A stretch of 64,000 nt of DNA from Candidatus Hadarchaeum sp. (GCF_038871235.1 NZ_JAVZIN010000002.1:74731-138730); one strand, 5' to 3'; counted from the stretch's first letter, positions 35,863 through 46,737 are shown. Numbers and translations: made by a program. Notes: generated from the sequence alone by a model not told the origin.

Positions 35863-35933
35863 ACTCAACCCTTTTTTTGTCCCGTCTACTCTCCGTTTTT
35901 CTCCATTAAAAGCGTGAGGTCGGCCCTGCGGGA

Positions 35934-36323
35934 TCAATAAACGTAGGCAATCAGCCTTCCGCCCAAACCCAGCTCCTTCGCCTTGGTATGGGCCATCACT
36001 CCCTTTGGTGTTGAAACAATAAGCAGCCCAAAACCGGCGGCTAAAAGATAGCGCTTTTCCCACTTCTCGTACTCGGTCACCTTTGTCGCGAACCTCGGCT
36101 TTATCGCCCCGCACCTATTAATCTTCCCTTTCAACTCAACCCTAAACTTTCCAGACTTTCCATCATCGATGAACTCAAAGGCGCCGATATAACCCTCATC
36201 CTGCATTATCTGGAAGACCTCCCGGATCAGTTTGGAAGCTGGGGCAATGACAACCTCTTTCTTTCTAGCCCGCTCATAATTGTTGACCTTTGAAAGGGCA
36301 TTAGCTAATGGATCCAACAACAT
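35934..36323 (-). CDS. rps8: 30S ribosomal protein uS8
   Basis: [34 protein letters not shown]. Confidence 0.97.
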   Translation of the reverse strand: MLLDPLANALSKVNNYERARKKEVVIAPASKLIREVFQIMQDEGYIGAFEFIDDGKSGKFRVELKGKINRCGAIKPRFATKVTEYEKWEKRYLLAAGFGLLIVSTPKGVMAHTKAKELGLGGRLIAYVY

Positions 36324-36332
36324 AAACATGCC

Positions 36333-36479
36333 TCAGCTGTATTTGGTAAAACCGATCTTAGGAGCCAGCTCCCTGAAGCATCTCCGGCAGAGCCTTAGCC
36401 CATGTTGTTGATAAACATGACCATAGCTACCGCAGTGCATACACCTGTGAGCTCCCTTTCCAAACTTTTTCTTCGTCAT
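36333..36479 (-). CDS. rps14: 30S ribosomal protein uS14 (Zn-binding)
   Basis: Not in ORF track. [48 protein letters not shown] (48 aa), between uL5 and uS8. Confidence 0.95.
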   Translation of the reverse strand: MTKKKFGKGAHRCMHCGSYGHVYQQHGLRLCRRCFRELAPKIGFTKYS

Positions 36480-36985
36480 TGTAACACCTCAACCCCAAAA
36501 TTGGTAATCATGAAATTTATCGCTTCCTCCCTGGTGACTCGGTGACCTCTTGGAACGGGTCTCCGAAGTAGGTTTCTCCTTTTTATCCGGTATCCCGGTC
36601 GTTCCAGAGCTATCGAAACGTCCATGCCAAACATTCCGATCTCAGGGTCGTATGAAATCCCTGGAATATCGATGTGCTCCTTGATGCCGAAGGAAACATT
36701 ACCGTTCTCATCAAATGAAGTTGCCTTAATCTTATTGTCCACCGCTTCGAGGAGCTTTTTTAATACCTTAATGGCTCTCTCTCCACGCAGAGTAACCTTA
36801 CAGCCTATTGGCTCCCCCTTCTTTATCCTCCAATCCCGCACCGACTTCCTAGCGTGGGTCCTCGCCGGCCTTTGGCCTGCAATCATCTCCAGCACCTTTT
36901 CTGCCTTGGCAAGCCTATCACCGCCCTCGCCGACACCGATGTTCAACACTACCTTTTCCACGCGGATCTGTCGCATTGGGTTCAT
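36476..36985 (-). CDS. rpl5: 50S ribosomal protein uL5
   Basis: [24 protein letters not shown]. Confidence 0.97.
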   Translation of the reverse strand: MNPMRQIRVEKVVLNIGVGEGGDRLAKAEKVLEMIAGQRPARTHARKSVRDWRIKKGEPIGCKVTLRGERAIKVLKKLLEAVDNKIKATSFDENGNVSFGIKEHIDIPGISYDPEIGMFGMDVSIALERPGYRIKRRNLLRRPVPRGHRVTREEAINFMITNFGVEVLQ

Positions 36986-37710
36986 CCACTCACCTGCAAA
37001 CTAATAGCGGGCTTTTCCTTGCCCAACACAAAAATGTAGTGCTCTGGAGCTTGGAAGGTCAAACCACCATCTTCCAGAGTAACTATATTCGGCTGAGTTC
37101 CGATGATTGTCTTTATTTCAGTAATTTTGCCAACCCTGCCCACGTTGCTACCAGCAGTAACCATCGCAATGCTGCCAACTTCAAAAGGAAGCCGTTCTAA
37201 AATACTCTGCTCCGGCAATGATATTTTCACAACGTCCCCTGGTTTATAATCCAAGAAATCTCCCACCACATTTCTGCCATCATGGAGGGTGAGCTGTATC
37301 TTTTTACCCCTCACATATTGCTTTCTGATGATTTTACATAATTTAAACGAGGCCTCGGATGAAAGCGTTTTAACGGGCACCAGCCGGCCCAAATGATCGA
37401 GCAAAATCCTGTAGTTGGTGTCAAGTGCTGGCAATCTAACTACATCCATAAAACCAACGGGAAAATCAGGAGAACGCCTGACCTTTCCATCGACAAATAC
37501 TTCTCCCCTATTTATCACCCCGTCGGCCTCCCGCGCGGTTCTAGCTATCGAGAGATAATCCCGCAATAAAATTCGAAGTGGTATCGCTCTATCCGCCGGA
37601 TGCGGTCCGGGAGATGGCTTCATCGTCCAGACCACAGACTTACGAGGCAACTTCAATGACCGCGGTGCCGCGTAACGCTTTAAGTGCCTGCTGCTGCCTT
37701 TTTTAGCCAC
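36982..37710 (-). CDS. rps4e: 30S ribosomal protein eS4
   Basis: HLKRYAAP, PSPGPH, PVGFMDVV, LHDGRN. Confidence 0.96.
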   Translation of the reverse strand: MAKKGSSRHLKRYAAPRSLKLPRKSVVWTMKPSPGPHPADRAIPLRILLRDYLSIARTAREADGVINRGEVFVDGKVRRSPDFPVGFMDVVRLPALDTNYRILLDHLGRLVPVKTLSSEASFKLCKIIRKQYVRGKKIQLTLHDGRNVVGDFLDYKPGDVVKISLPEQSILERLPFEVGSIAMVTAGSNVGRVGKITEIKTIIGTQPNIVTLEDGGLTFQAPEHYIFVLGKEKPAISLQVSG

Positions 37711-38065
37711 TCTCTGACCTCCCCGTTAACTTTCCTATGCGTTCTTTATCCTCAACTAGTTTCAACAGCATAACGTTGGAGGGGTGGATTGGTCGGTTGA
37801 CCTGCGAGCCATCGCTCTTAGTTATGGTAGCTCCCTGCACAGTAATCGTCTGCTTTTTGGGGTTTACCTCTAAGACCTCCCCTTCCAGTTTCTTAAAATC
37901 CCCTCGCAAAATCTTCACCCGGTCACCCTTTCTCACCGGAAGTGATTTGATTTTATATTTTTCACGCAATTCTTTGCTGAGCCTCGCAGACATCAACTTG
38001 TTCCTCCTGTGTACCGGTGTTGAGTAAAGCCTCGCTCGTTGCTTTCTCGGCTGACGCGACACCAT
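37703..38065 (-). CDS. rpl24: 50S ribosomal protein uL24
   Basis: SRQPRKQR, VRKGDRVKILRG, IHPSNV. Confidence 0.96.
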   Translation of the reverse strand: MVSRQPRKQRARLYSTPVHRRNKLMSARLSKELREKYKIKSLPVRKGDRVKILRGDFKKLEGEVLEVNPKKQTITVQGATITKSDGSQVNRPIHPSNVMLLKLVEDKERIGKLTGRSESG

Positions 38066-38068
38066 AGC

Positions 38069-38494
38069 TCACACCACTATTGAGGCTATTCCTGCTACTT
38101 TCGGCCATCTCTCGGCAGCTTCTCTAGCAATCGGCCCTTTAATCTCCGACCCTCTGGGTGCAGCCTCGGGAGTTATCAAGACTGCAGCGTTGTCCTCAAA
38201 CATTACCCGCATACCATCAAGACGCCGGTACTCCTTTCTCTGCCGCACCACCACCGCTTGGACCAATTGCTTTCTGAGTTCCGGCGTGCCTCTTTTCACC
38301 GAGGCCACTATCCTATCACCTACGCCGGCTTTACCCATCGCCCGGCGCCTTCCCTTGTACCCCATGACACTTACTATCTGGATCTCCCGAGCCCCAGTGT
38401 TGTCGGTGACTACCAGTCTAGCCCCAACTGGAAGCACGCGAACCGGAGTAACCGCGCTCACGCCTATTGCTGTTCCCGCTCCCTTCTTTCCCAT
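38069..38494 (-). CDS. rpl14: 50S ribosomal protein uL14
   Basis: [28 protein letters not shown]. Confidence 0.97.
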   Translation of the reverse strand: MGKKGAGTAIGVSAVTPVRVLPVGARLVVTDNTGAREIQIVSVMGYKGRRRAMGKAGVGDRIVASVKRGTPELRKQLVQAVVVRQRKEYRRLDGMRVMFEDNAAVLITPEAAPRGSEIKGPIAREAAERWPKVAGIASIVV

Positions 38495-38498
38495 GACA

Positions 38499-38813
38499 TC
38501 ACCCTAACTTCTGAACGACCACAAAGGCCTTCGTCTTACTTAGTCTTCTGCACTCCATTATCTTTACCCTGTCCCCCAACTTCGCTGAGATGCAAGGTGG
38601 ATTGTGGGCATGATATTTTGAGGTCCTCCTTTCATATCTTTCATACTTAGCTATTCTATGCATGCGTTCAAGCTCAACCGTAACCGTCCGGGTCATCTTA
38701 TCGCTGACGACGATTCCCTCCAGTGCCTTTCCTCTGACCGAAAGTTTGCCATGAAAAGGACACTTAGGGTCAGAACACTTCTCCTTGGGTGGTTCAATTC
38801 CCATTCCAACCAT
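38499..38813 (-). CDS. rps17: 30S ribosomal protein uS17
   Basis: [20 protein letters not shown]. Confidence 0.96.
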   Translation of the reverse strand: MVGMGIEPPKEKCSDPKCPFHGKLSVRGKALEGIVVSDKMTRTVTVELERMHRIAKYERYERRTSKYHAHNPPCISAKLGDRVKIMECRRLSKTKAFVVVQKLG

Positions 38814-38818
38814 CAGTA

Positions 38819-39091
38819 TCACCTCTTCCGCCTAACTCTTTCCTCGGGCCGCCCGACCAGCCTCCTACCTTCTATTACCACAGTCTGACCATCAGGCAGT
38901 TTTATCTCGAATGATGAGCCAGATTTTGGCACTATTTTCGCGGCTGACATGTGTTCAATCACCAGCATATCCCGTGTTTCATCCAGAATCTTGCCGTAGA
39001 CGCCCAAAAGATTAGGATCAGAACTGCTCACGACCTGCGCCTCGAGCCCAATAAGCTCGTGCTGCAATATGTTTCTTTTAGTCAACGGCAT
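38819..39091 (-). CDS. rnp1: Ribonuclease P protein Rpp29
   Basis: HELIGL, G.ILDETR, GRPEER; ATG 39091 with AGGTG SD. Confidence 0.93.
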   Translation of the reverse strand: MPLTKRNILQHELIGLEAQVVSSSDPNLLGVYGKILDETRDMLVIEHMSAAKIVPKSGSSFEIKLPDGQTVVIEGRRLVGRPEERVRRKR

Positions 39092-39099
39092 AACGCCAC

Positions 39100-39408
39100 C
39101 TATCTCATGTTTATCATCTCGGGGGTGAACCCAAGACTCACGAGCACTTCCTTTACTCGCTGTTCGTGGTGCCCCTGTAGCTCTATGCGCCCATCCTTCC
39201 AAGTTCCACCGCAGGCAAGCTCGGATTTCAGTTTCTTAGTCAGGTCTTTGATGCTGACTTGTTTGTCATCGAGACCTTCTATGACCGTGACGACCTTGCC
39301 GAACTTTCGCTTGATGACATATACGTTTATCCGTTGCTGCTCTCGAGCTATCTCTTCGCAGACGCAGAGTTCCTTGGGCAGACCACAAACTTTACATATC
39401 TCTTGCAG
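39100..39408 (-). CDS. sui1: Translation initiation factor aIF-1 (SUI1), apparent CTG start
   Basis: Not in ORF track. (L/M)QEICKVCGLPKELCVCEEIAREQQ...RKFGKVVTVIEG...LKSELACGGT...IELQGHH; conserved position between uL29 and Rpp29. Confidence 0.93.
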   Translation of the reverse strand: MQEICKVCGLPKELCVCEEIAREQQRINVYVIKRKFGKVVTVIEGLDDKQVSIKDLTKKLKSELACGGTWKDGRIELQGHHEQRVKEVLVSLGFTPEMINMR

Positions 39409-39411
39409 TGC

Positions 39412-39621
39412 TCATCCACCTCCTCGCTGTTTTTCCCTTATAATAGTGAGTATTCTGGCTATCGCCCGCTTGAGTTCCCGGATTTTCGCCGGATTTTCCA
39501 GCGAGCCGCCCGCAGCCGCTGTAGCCCTAGCTCTGGCCAGCTCTGATCTCAGCTCCTTCAATTTCTGCACCATCTCATCAAAATTCATTGACCTTATTTC
39601 CTCAGGCCTGAGCGTCGCCAT
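39412..39621 (-). CDS. rpl29: 50S ribosomal protein uL29
   Basis: LRPEEIRSM, ENPAKIRELKRAIARILT. Confidence 0.95.
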   Translation of the reverse strand: MATLRPEEIRSMNFDEMVQKLKELRSELARARATAAAGGSLENPAKIRELKRAIARILTIIREKQRGGG

Positions 39622-40297
39622 CGCCAACACCCTCCTCAGGGGCCTTCTTGACCTTAGTTTCCTCGACCTTTTCACCAGCTGGCTGTTTTTCGGTCCCGGT
39701 CGTTTCTTCCGCGATCTTTATCTCTCCCGGCAAGGGGACATCCGGGGGCATTATGCTCACCTTTATACCCACGATGCCGGGCTTCAATTTTGCCACCGCT
39801 TTTCCGTGGCTGACCAGTTTCTGAGCCGGCTCTCCAGCCTTGCTCAAATATCCCTCATAAAATCGCATGCTCCTCGACCGCTCTCCGGCAATCCTGCCGG
39901 AAATCACTATCTCCACTCCTCTGGCTCCAGCTCCCATTATCGTCCTAACCATGCTCTGACCGACTCTACGAACGCTCAAGCCACGCTCCAAAGCGAAGGC
40001 GATGTGCTTGGCCATAATCGGTCCCGACAGCTCTGGCTTAGGTATTTCCACAACCTCAACCTGTGGTTTTTCGAGGCCGAACTTTTGTTCCAAATCGTCG
40101 GTCAGCTGCTTGATGCTCTTACCCTTCTTGCCGATCACCATTCCCGGCCTCTCTACATAAATAGTAACTCTGGTACCCGTGAGAACTCTTTTTATATCCA
40201 CGCCGCCGTATCCGGCCTTCGAAAGCTCGTTCTGAAGATAGGTTTCTAGCTGAACTCGTTTGATTCCCTGCTTGATGAAGTGTTTTTCTACTGGCAT
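39602..40297 (-). CDS. rps3: 30S ribosomal protein uS3
   Basis: RPGMVIGKKG, GARGVEIVISG, GIVGIKV. Confidence 0.97.
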   Translation of the reverse strand: MPVEKHFIKQGIKRVQLETYLQNELSKAGYGGVDIKRVLTGTRVTIYVERPGMVIGKKGKSIKQLTDDLEQKFGLEKPQVEVVEIPKPELSGPIMAKHIAFALERGLSVRRVGQSMVRTIMGAGARGVEIVISGRIAGERSRSMRFYEGYLSKAGEPAQKLVSHGKAVAKLKPGIVGIKVSIMPPDVPLPGEIKIAEETTGTEKQPAGEKVEETKVKKAPEEGVGDGDAQA

Positions 40298-40301
40298 TTC
40301 C

Positions 40302-40745
40302 TCACCCTTTCAGAATTATTTCAATGTTTGTCAGTGGTGATATCGCCGGTGATGAGCGGCCAAAAGCACGCGGCAAGAAACCGGGAATAGCTGTCCCCTT
40401 GTAGGCAGCGGCGTGAACCACTTTAAGTTTTTCCACATCCAGTCCCTTGTAAATCGCGTTGGCCTCCGCGTTCTTCAGCACCTTCAGGATCTCTCTCGCC
40501 GCTTTCACCGGATACTGACCGCTGCCCTTGGGACCACGATGGGCAACCTTTTTTCTGTGCCGCAAAATAGGCACTGCTTTTTTCTTCTGCTGAACGGCTT
40601 CAAGATATTCTTTGGCGGCGCTCAGACTCATCCCCCTTATAGCTCTGCAGACCTCCATGGCCTGCTTGGGAGAGATCCTCCTCTCCTTACCCAAAGCCCT
40701 TGCCACTGGTTCCTCAATTTCAGCAGAGTAACCGAACTTAGGCAT
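40302..40745 (-). CDS. rpl22: 50S ribosomal protein uL22
   Basis: ISPK, YPVKAA, NAEANA, PRAFGR. Confidence 0.96.
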   Translation of the reverse strand: MPKFGYSAEIEEPVARALGKERRISPKQAMEVCRAIRGMSLSAAKEYLEAVQQKKKAVPILRHRKKVAHRGPKGSGQYPVKAAREILKVLKNAEANAIYKGLDVEKLKVVHAAAYKGTAIPGFLPRAFGRSSPAISPLTNIEIILKG

Positions 40746-40750
40746 TACCA

Positions 40751-41146
40751 TCACTTCAGCGGGACGTACATGGAGCTTCTGGTAGCGCCGATACCAGGAG
40801 TTCCATGAATGACTCTCTTTCTCGTTAGCGCAAATTCCCCAAGACGGTGGCCAATCATCTCCGGCTTAATTTCTACTACTAAAAACTCCTTACCATTATG
40901 AACTGCAAACTTTAGCCCTACCATCTCCGGAATTATCACCATATCTCGACAGTGTGTCCTGATGGGGGCATCATTACCTGAAGCCCTAGCTTTCCTGATT
41001 TTTTCTATTAATTTTTTCTGTTTCGGTGTGAACCCTCTCAACAATGATCTCCGCTGACGAGACGGTAAAAGCATGGCAAAATCATCTAAAGGTAACTTCT
41101 GGAGTTCTTCTAACGTATAACCACGATAAGTGAATTTCTTCGGCAT
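40751..41146 (-). CDS. rps19: 30S ribosomal protein uS19
   Basis: [26 protein letters not shown]. Confidence 0.97.
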   Translation of the reverse strand: MPKKFTYRGYTLEELQKLPLDDFAMLLPSRQRRSLLRGFTPKQKKLIEKIRKARASGNDAPIRTHCRDMVIIPEMVGLKFAVHNGKEFLVVEIKPEMIGHRLGEFALTRKRVIHGTPGIGATRSSMYVPLK

Positions 41147-41150
41147 GCCC

Positions 41151-41858
41151 TCACCTCTTGCCTGTTCTCCTAGCCGCTATTAACCCTACTTTCTGACCAG
41201 GCGGAGCTCCACGTGCCACCGTTTTCGGTCTTCCGGCATTTTTACCCCTTCCACCACCGAAGGGGTGATCTACCACGTTCATAGCCACCGCACGAGTCCG
41301 TGGATAATGCTTGCCCTTTGCGATCATGATGTGATGCCGTTTGCCTGCTTTAACTAACGGTTTTTCCAAGCGTCCTCCGCCCGCCACCACTCCCACCGTT
41401 GCACGACACCTAGGATCCATTTCCTTTATCTCCCCCGAGGGAAGTTGAACGCTAACACGATCTCCCTCGTGTCCGATCACCACCGCGTAAGAACCTGCCG
41501 CCCTTACTAATTTTCCACCATCTCCTGGTTTGGTCTCTATATTGAAGACAGGCGTGCCTTCTGGTATTTCAGATAAAGTTAGAACATTTCCCGGCTTTGC
41601 TTCACCAGCAGTTCCGATCATAATTCGGTCACCAACTTTGAGTCCTTCGGGAGCCAGCATCAGATGTTCTTGCCCATCCTCACATCTAATCATCGCTACA
41701 GGCGCATTTCTGCCACGATCGTGAAGTATATCCACTACCACTGCTTCGCCTGTTTTCTGTGGAGAAGGTAGCTCTATCTTTCCCAGCCTCCTCCAACTCT
41801 TTGCCCGGTAGGTCGGAGAACCGTCGCCTATCCTTTGTGCTCTTAAGCGCTTACCCAT
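41151..41858 (-). CDS. rpl2: 50S ribosomal protein uL2
   Basis: [30 protein letters not shown]. Confidence 0.97.
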   Translation of the reverse strand: MGKRLRAQRIGDGSPTYRAKSWRRLGKIELPSPQKTGEAVVVDILHDRGRNAPVAMIRCEDGQEHLMLAPEGLKVGDRIMIGTAGEAKPGNVLTLSEIPEGTPVFNIETKPGDGGKLVRAAGSYAVVIGHEGDRVSVQLPSGEIKEMDPRCRATVGVVAGGGRLEKPLVKAGKRHHIMIAKGKHYPRTRAVAMNVVDHPFGGGRGKNAGRPKTVARGAPPGQKVGLIAARRTGKR

Positions 41859-42121
41859 CAGATCATCCCCAGCTTAGCTGCTATTTCATCAGCCATAAAC
41901 TCAGGAGCTAGCTTTACATAAGCACGCTTTTTCCCGTCAGGGGTTATTTCGGTTGATACTTTTTTCACTTTGACTTCAAAAAGCGTCTCTACAGCTCTTT
42001 TGATATCTGCCTTGCTTGCGGCATTATCAACTACGAAAATCAACTTATTTTCGGACTCCATCATTTTCACCGATTTCTCGGTGGCGAGGGGATAGAGAAT
42101 TACTGAGTGCGGATCTTTCAT
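41858..42121 (-). CDS. rpl23: 50S ribosomal protein uL23
   Basis: P..TEK, NKLIF, KRAYVKL. Confidence 0.96.
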   Translation of the reverse strand: MKDPHSVILYPLATEKSVKMMESENKLIFVVDNAASKADIKRAVETLFEVKVKKVSTEITPDGKKRAYVKLAPEFMADEIAAKLGMI

Positions 42122-42900
42122 GAGTACAATCCCTCCGCAAGTTTCTGAATGGCAGAGGTACTCCAAACAGATACTCTGCCCGGTACCCCTCCCGGTGCTA
42201 GAACCTCGGCATTCAGTTCGTTGACTTTGGCCACGCTCACCCCAGGGAGATTTCTGGCCCCCAACTTTATCCCTTTGTCTTGAGCTATCACTATTAAAGG
42301 TCCGACTGCTTTCTTATACCTCCGGCCTCTCATCTTACCAACGCCTGCTCGGATGCGTATTCCCTTAGAGGTTCTTTCTAGCTCCTTATCCAACCCTAAC
42401 TTCACCAAAGTTGCCCTTATATCTGCAGTTTTTCTCAGACTTTCTATCTCATCGGTAACGACAATAGGAAGTGCTGGAACATTTTCAATCAAATGGCCCC
42501 TTGCAGCGGCTAATTTCTTATCCTTTAACGCGGCAATAGCTGATCTTATGGCCAACCGTCGTTCCTTTTTATTTATTCTCTCTAAAATTATCTTCTCGAC
42601 CTTAGGAGGATGAGCTCTCCTACCGCCGACCGCATGTGGCGCAAAAGCACCCATTCCTGCTGCTGGATGCTTGGTGCCTTTGACTCTTCTAATTCTAGAA
42701 ACACCAAATCCCTTCCCCCATGTTTCGGCCGATGTTCTCTTCCCCGCCATAGGATCCGATCCCCACGGTTGAATTCTGGCCGACTGTGCAGCCAGCACGG
42801 CCCGTCTTATCACGTCTGGCCGGATCTCAGTCTCAAAGATTTCCGGAAGTTCTATTTCCTCTACTGGCTTAGCATCAAGGGAAAAAACAGGAACCTTCAT
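42118..42900 (-). CDS. rpl4: 50S ribosomal protein uL4
   Basis: [32 protein letters not shown]. Confidence 0.97.
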   Translation of the reverse strand: MKVPVFSLDAKPVEEIELPEIFETEIRPDVIRRAVLAAQSARIQPWGSDPMAGKRTSAETWGKGFGVSRIRRVKGTKHPAAGMGAFAPHAVGGRRAHPPKVEKIILERINKKERRLAIRSAIAALKDKKLAAARGHLIENVPALPIVVTDEIESLRKTADIRATLVKLGLDKELERTSKGIRIRAGVGKMRGRRYKKAVGPLIVIAQDKGIKLGARNLPGVSVAKVNELNAEVLAPGGVPGRVSVWSTSAIQKLAEGLYS

Positions 42901-42902
42901 AA

Positions 42903-43913
42903 TCACGCCCCCTGTTGGGAAGCGGTGCTTATATAGGTAATAGAGGGCACCGTAGTCGCGACTTTATGATGTAATCTTATCGGGCGTCTCAATTGAATTA
43001 ATCGTTTGGTAGGTCCAGGAACCGAACCGGCAAGGACGATATAATCTCCTCTGATCGGTCCATAACGGAGGAAGCCCCCACTCGGCGTGACCTCCTTACC
43101 ATCGTTTCCTATCTTCAAAATTCTCTTGTTGAACTCGGTGCGCTGGTGGTATCCCATCTGGCCTGCCGCTGGAACTGTCCACAGAATTCTGGGCGGAGAC
43201 CATGGGCCGAGGGTACCGACCTGTCTTCGTCCCTCCTCGCTCTTTCGTGGCAAAATCTTGACGCCCCATCTTTTAACCGGACCTTGGAACCCTTTGCCCT
43301 TTGTGATCGCCAGAACATCGACGAACTCGCCCTCCTTAAAAACATCCGTCGGGCGAACCTGTTTGCCCAGTAAACCCTTGGCATAGTTCCAGCGCTCCTC
43401 AATGGAGCTGCCGCTGACACGGATCTCCACTAAATCCGGCTTTTTCTTTGGCACACCGGTGACTCTGGGTTGGGTACAGGCTAAAACGCGGATCTCATTA
43501 ACTTTACCAGCCTTAACCAATGCCTCGGCCTCTGCAAGGTCTTTTTGAACATCGTATTTTTTGGGCTTTCGAATCAGGCGATAGAGGTCCTTAGGAACCT
43601 CACCTGACCAGACTTCATCCACAGCCTTTAGTCCCTTAGAGCCTTCTCGATAGAGCCTAATCGCACAGACAATCATCGGCGGTGCCTCGATCACGGTGGC
43701 CGGAACACAAATCTCCTGTCCCTTAGTCATGGACCCCTTGTGATCATCGATCATGAAGAGGCTTACCATCCCGGCCTTATAACCTGCAAATCCCTGTAAA
43801 CCCAACCTAGCTTCCGCTGGCCAAGCCCTCACATGAGCCACGGGGCTCTTGGCCCTTACCCTTGGCATATAGGCCAATGATCCCCGTCTAGGATGATGTG
43901 CCCGCTTTCCCAT
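42903..43913 (-). CDS. rpl3: 50S ribosomal protein uL3
   Basis: PRRGSL, GYKAGM, TKGKGFQG.VKRWG, GQMGYHQRT. Confidence 0.97.
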   Translation of the reverse strand: MGKRAHHPRRGSLAYMPRVRAKSPVAHVRAWPAEARLGLQGFAGYKAGMVSLFMIDDHKGSMTKGQEICVPATVIEAPPMIVCAIRLYREGSKGLKAVDEVWSGEVPKDLYRLIRKPKKYDVQKDLAEAEALVKAGKVNEIRVLACTQPRVTGVPKKKPDLVEIRVSGSSIEERWNYAKGLLGKQVRPTDVFKEGEFVDVLAITKGKGFQGPVKRWGVKILPRKSEEGRRQVGTLGPWSPPRILWTVPAAGQMGYHQRTEFNKRILKIGNDGKEVTPSGGFLRYGPIRGDYIVLAGSVPGPTKRLIQLRRPIRLHHKVATTVPSITYISTASQQGA

Positions 43914-43916
43914 TTT

Positions 43917-44762
43917 CTATCCCTCTATGAGCGCATTCAGCAGCGAGAGCGTGGCGATGAGTGCCTCCTCGGTCCGAACCGTGGCCGTGCCTTGGTTTGG
44001 TACTGCGTTCACAATGACGTCGAACAGAGCCGAGGCTTCGACGCCCTGTCGCCGGCATATCTCGAAGAGCCCAGCATAAGGCCCCCCGAAAGCCACCGCC
44101 ATACTGCGAGGTTTGCTACTCTTTATCGCCTGCACGGTCTCATATAAATTTTGCCCTCGCCTCGATGTACCAATGTAGTAATCGGATTTAACTGCTTTTA
44201 AGCCCTCCGCGAGGCTTTTGGCGCGTGAAATTTTGAAACCCCAATACTCATGAATCTCCTCACGAGGGACCGGTGTCACTTGGACGAAATCCCCCTCTCG
44301 ATTACCAAGTCTCACCGTCAACCGCTGCTTCAGGGGCAACTCTCCATGGTAGATTCCCTTCATCGGCAGACCTATTTCCAAAACGCTTTTTTTTCCCGAC
44401 TCAATGACGACTCCATCGCGATAGTCTCCCTTTTGATTCCTCTCACCCTGGAGCGGATGATTCGGTGTTCGCAGCGGAGAAAGCAAACCGGCATATCTAA
44501 GTTCACCAGTATGGGGGAAAAGGAGCTTGCGCAAATACTGCGGAGTTTCAAGATAACTCAATAAGGTCTCAATCGTCTTGGCTTGGATCTCTTGGTCACG
44601 GACATTGGGATCATCGTCATTGTAGATACATACCCTGACAACGCGGAAGATTGCCAGTGCCCGCCCCACTATGCCTACTTTAAAAGTCACCTGTTGAAGG
44701 TCTGAGGAATCAGCCACCAAAGAAGCTGGTAATAAGACTGAAATTTCTGGGTTAGAAAGCAT
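43917..44762 (-). CDS. SPOUT-family putative RNA methyltransferase (MTH1/DUF171-like)
   Basis: YLETPQYLRK, YAGLL.PL, PNQGTATVRTEEA; conserved position upstream of uL3. Confidence 0.9.
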   Translation of the reverse strand: MLSNPEISVLLPASLVADSSDLQQVTFKVGIVGRALAIFRVVRVCIYNDDDPNVRDQEIQAKTIETLLSYLETPQYLRKLLFPHTGELRYAGLLSPLRTPNHPLQGERNQKGDYRDGVVIESGKKSVLEIGLPMKGIYHGELPLKQRLTVRLGNREGDFVQVTPVPREEIHEYWGFKISRAKSLAEGLKAVKSDYYIGTSRRGQNLYETVQAIKSSKPRSMAVAFGGPYAGLFEICRRQGVEASALFDVIVNAVPNQGTATVRTEEALIATLSLLNALIEG

Positions 44763-44768
44763 TATCAA

Positions 44769-46250
44769 TCAGCCTTTGGCGACTCCTATTGGCACCAGCC
44801 TTGCAACTTTCTTAGCTATGCCGGCTCGGTGGGTTATGTCAACCACCCTATCGATGTCCTTGTAGGCTTCCGGTGCCTCCTCAGCGATTACCGAAATCTT
44901 GGCGGCCCTGACGACCTTTCCCTCTGACTCTAGCTTGCGCTTGATGTCCTCTCCCCTGAAGTGCTTCAGCGCTGCGGTTCGGCTCATGTGCCGTCCAGCG
45001 CCGTGGGCAGTGGAGCCGAAGGTCTCCCTGTAACCCTGTTGGGTACCGACCATCACATAGGAAGCCGTTCCCATATCCCCTGGAATCAGCACCGGCTGGC
45101 CCACATCACGGTATATTGGTGGCACTTCAGGATGTCCAGCAGGGAAGGCCCTTGTGGCGCCCTTTCTGTGAACGCAAAGTTTTTTCTTTTCACCGTTCAC
45201 CTCATGCTCCTCGATCTTGGCAATGTTGTGCGCAACATCATAGACAATGTGCAGGCCCAACGATTCGGCGTCCTTCTTCATGACCTCCTCAAATGACTGC
45301 CTCACCCAGTGGACTATCATTTGTCGGTTAGCCCAGGCGAAATTGGCGGCGCATCTCATCGCCGAAAGATATGCCTGCCCCTCGGGAGAGTTTACGGGAA
45401 CGTTCACCAGTTCACGGTCGGGCAGGAAGATGTTATACCTTTTCACGGCACGCTCCATGGTGCGGAGGTAATCGGAGCAAACCTGGTGCCCCAGACCTCG
45501 GGAACCGGTGTGGATCATCACCGTTACTTGGCCCTCGTGGTCTATGCCGAACCTCCGGGCTACCTCAGGGTCAAATATCTTATCAACCGTCTGAACTTCG
45601 AGAAAGTGATTTCCGCTGCCCAAGCTGCCGAGCTGGGGATAACCCCGCCTCTTGGCCTCGGTGCTAACATCCTTGGCAGAAGCCCCGGGCATCCCGCCCC
45701 TTTCCTCAAGCCGATCTAGGTCCTCTTCCCAACCATATCCATTCTCCACGGCCCATCTCGCTCCCATCTCCAGAACTTGGTCGAGCTGAGACTGAGTCAC
45801 CTTAACTTTGCCCTCACTACCCAACCCTGAGGGAACGTTCCTAAACAGTGAATCCACGAGCTCTCGAAGTTTTGGTATTACATCATCTTTGTCGAGTCCC
45901 GTGCGCAGAAGACGAACGCCACAGTTGATATCATAGCCTACGCCTCCTGGGCTGATAACGCCGGTCCCAACATCCGTAGCGGCCACTCCTCCAATTGGAA
46001 AGCCGTAGCCCTGATGACCGTCAGGAAGTGTTATCGAGTAGCGGCAGATCCCCTGAAGTGAGGAAACGTTGGCGGCCTGTTCCAGCGTGAGGTCCCGCCT
46101 CATCTCGTTGAGCATCTCCTCGTCTGCATAGATTCTGGCGGGAACGCGCATCCAGTGCTTGTAATCTTTAGGTATCTCCCATCTCAACTCATCTATCTTC
46201 CTTATCGTCCCCTTCCACGGACCCGCGGCTGAAACAGCGCCTTCTTCCAC
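44769..46250 (-). CDS. rtcB: RNA-splicing ligase RtcB (no intein)
   Basis: [47 protein letters not shown]. Confidence 0.97.
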   Translation of the reverse strand: MEEGAVSAAGPWKGTIRKIDELRWEIPKDYKHWMRVPARIYADEEMLNEMRRDLTLEQAANVSSLQGICRYSITLPDGHQGYGFPIGGVAATDVGTGVISPGGVGYDINCGVRLLRTGLDKDDVIPKLRELVDSLFRNVPSGLGSEGKVKVTQSQLDQVLEMGARWAVENGYGWEEDLDRLEERGGMPGASAKDVSTEAKRRGYPQLGSLGSGNHFLEVQTVDKIFDPEVARRFGIDHEGQVTVMIHTGSRGLGHQVCSDYLRTMERAVKRYNIFLPDRELVNVPVNSPEGQAYLSAMRCAANFAWANRQMIVHWVRQSFEEVMKKDAESLGLHIVYDVAHNIAKIEEHEVNGEKKKLCVHRKGATRAFPAGHPEVPPIYRDVGQPVLIPGDMGTASYVMVGTQQGYRETFGSTAHGAGRHMSRTAALKHFRGEDIKRKLESEGKVVRAAKISVIAEEAPEAYKDIDRVVDITHRAGIAKKVARLVPIGVAKG

Positions 46251-46311
46251 AATTACACCCAGTAGACATAGCTGAAGCCGTTAAATTAACTTTTGCTTTA
46301 AAATGGCCCGA

Positions 46312-46737
46312 TCAGATATCAACCACGGCTTGGACATAGGTGCCATCTTTCCCCTGCCCCACTTCCATCAGGTGATAGGTGACCGCTTTCACTGCCGTCC
46401 GCTCCGGATGCTTGGCTGGATCAAATTTCTCACCCCAGACCTGGGCCGAAAGCTTGAGTTCTCTCCGCGTTTTTTCTATCCCCGCCGTGAACCTTGAAAA
46501 GACCAAATTTTCCGAGTCATGAAAATAGATTAATCTGTCCAGCCAGTCATAAAGGAGCGCCAGCTCATCTTCCGCCGCCAGCTCCACATCCCGTCTTTCC
46601 TTGGGATCGACCTTGCTGGTGTCGACCATGATTTCGAAAAGTGCCAGTGCCGCGTTCTCGAAGGCCTCGGCTAGATCGCGGCCGTATGCCCTGAAGCCTA
46701 TGTCGCTGGGATGTTCTATCCAATCGAATTTTTTCAT
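46312..46737 (-). CDS. Archease (RtcB cofactor)
   Basis: EHPSDIG, VKAVTYH, C-terminal VDI; adjacent to rtcB. Confidence 0.95.
   Translation of the reverse strand: MKKFDWIEHPSDIGFRAYGRDLAEAFENAALALFEIMVDTSKVDPKERRDVELAAEDELALLYDWLDRLIYFHDSENLVFSRFTAGIEKTRRELKLSAQVWGEKFDPAKHPERTAVKAVTYHLMEVGQGKDGTYVQAVVDI

Noticed and set aside
35863-36114. Apparent 84-aa N-terminal extension of uL6
   Set aside because: It overlaps uS8 in another frame; the ATG at 35862 gives a normal-length uL6.
39412-39414. Selenocysteine or readthrough at the uL29 TGA giving a uL29-aIF1 fusion
   Set aside because: uL29 has a normal length, no SECIS-like element was seen, and the CTG aligns with the usual initiator position. 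Kept only as an alternative explanation.
39951-40249. Long plus-strand ORF (38951-40249, 432 aa) and many other antisense ORFs in the track
   Set aside because: They lie opposite conserved ribosomal and housekeeping genes and show no recognisable motifs; shadow ORFs.
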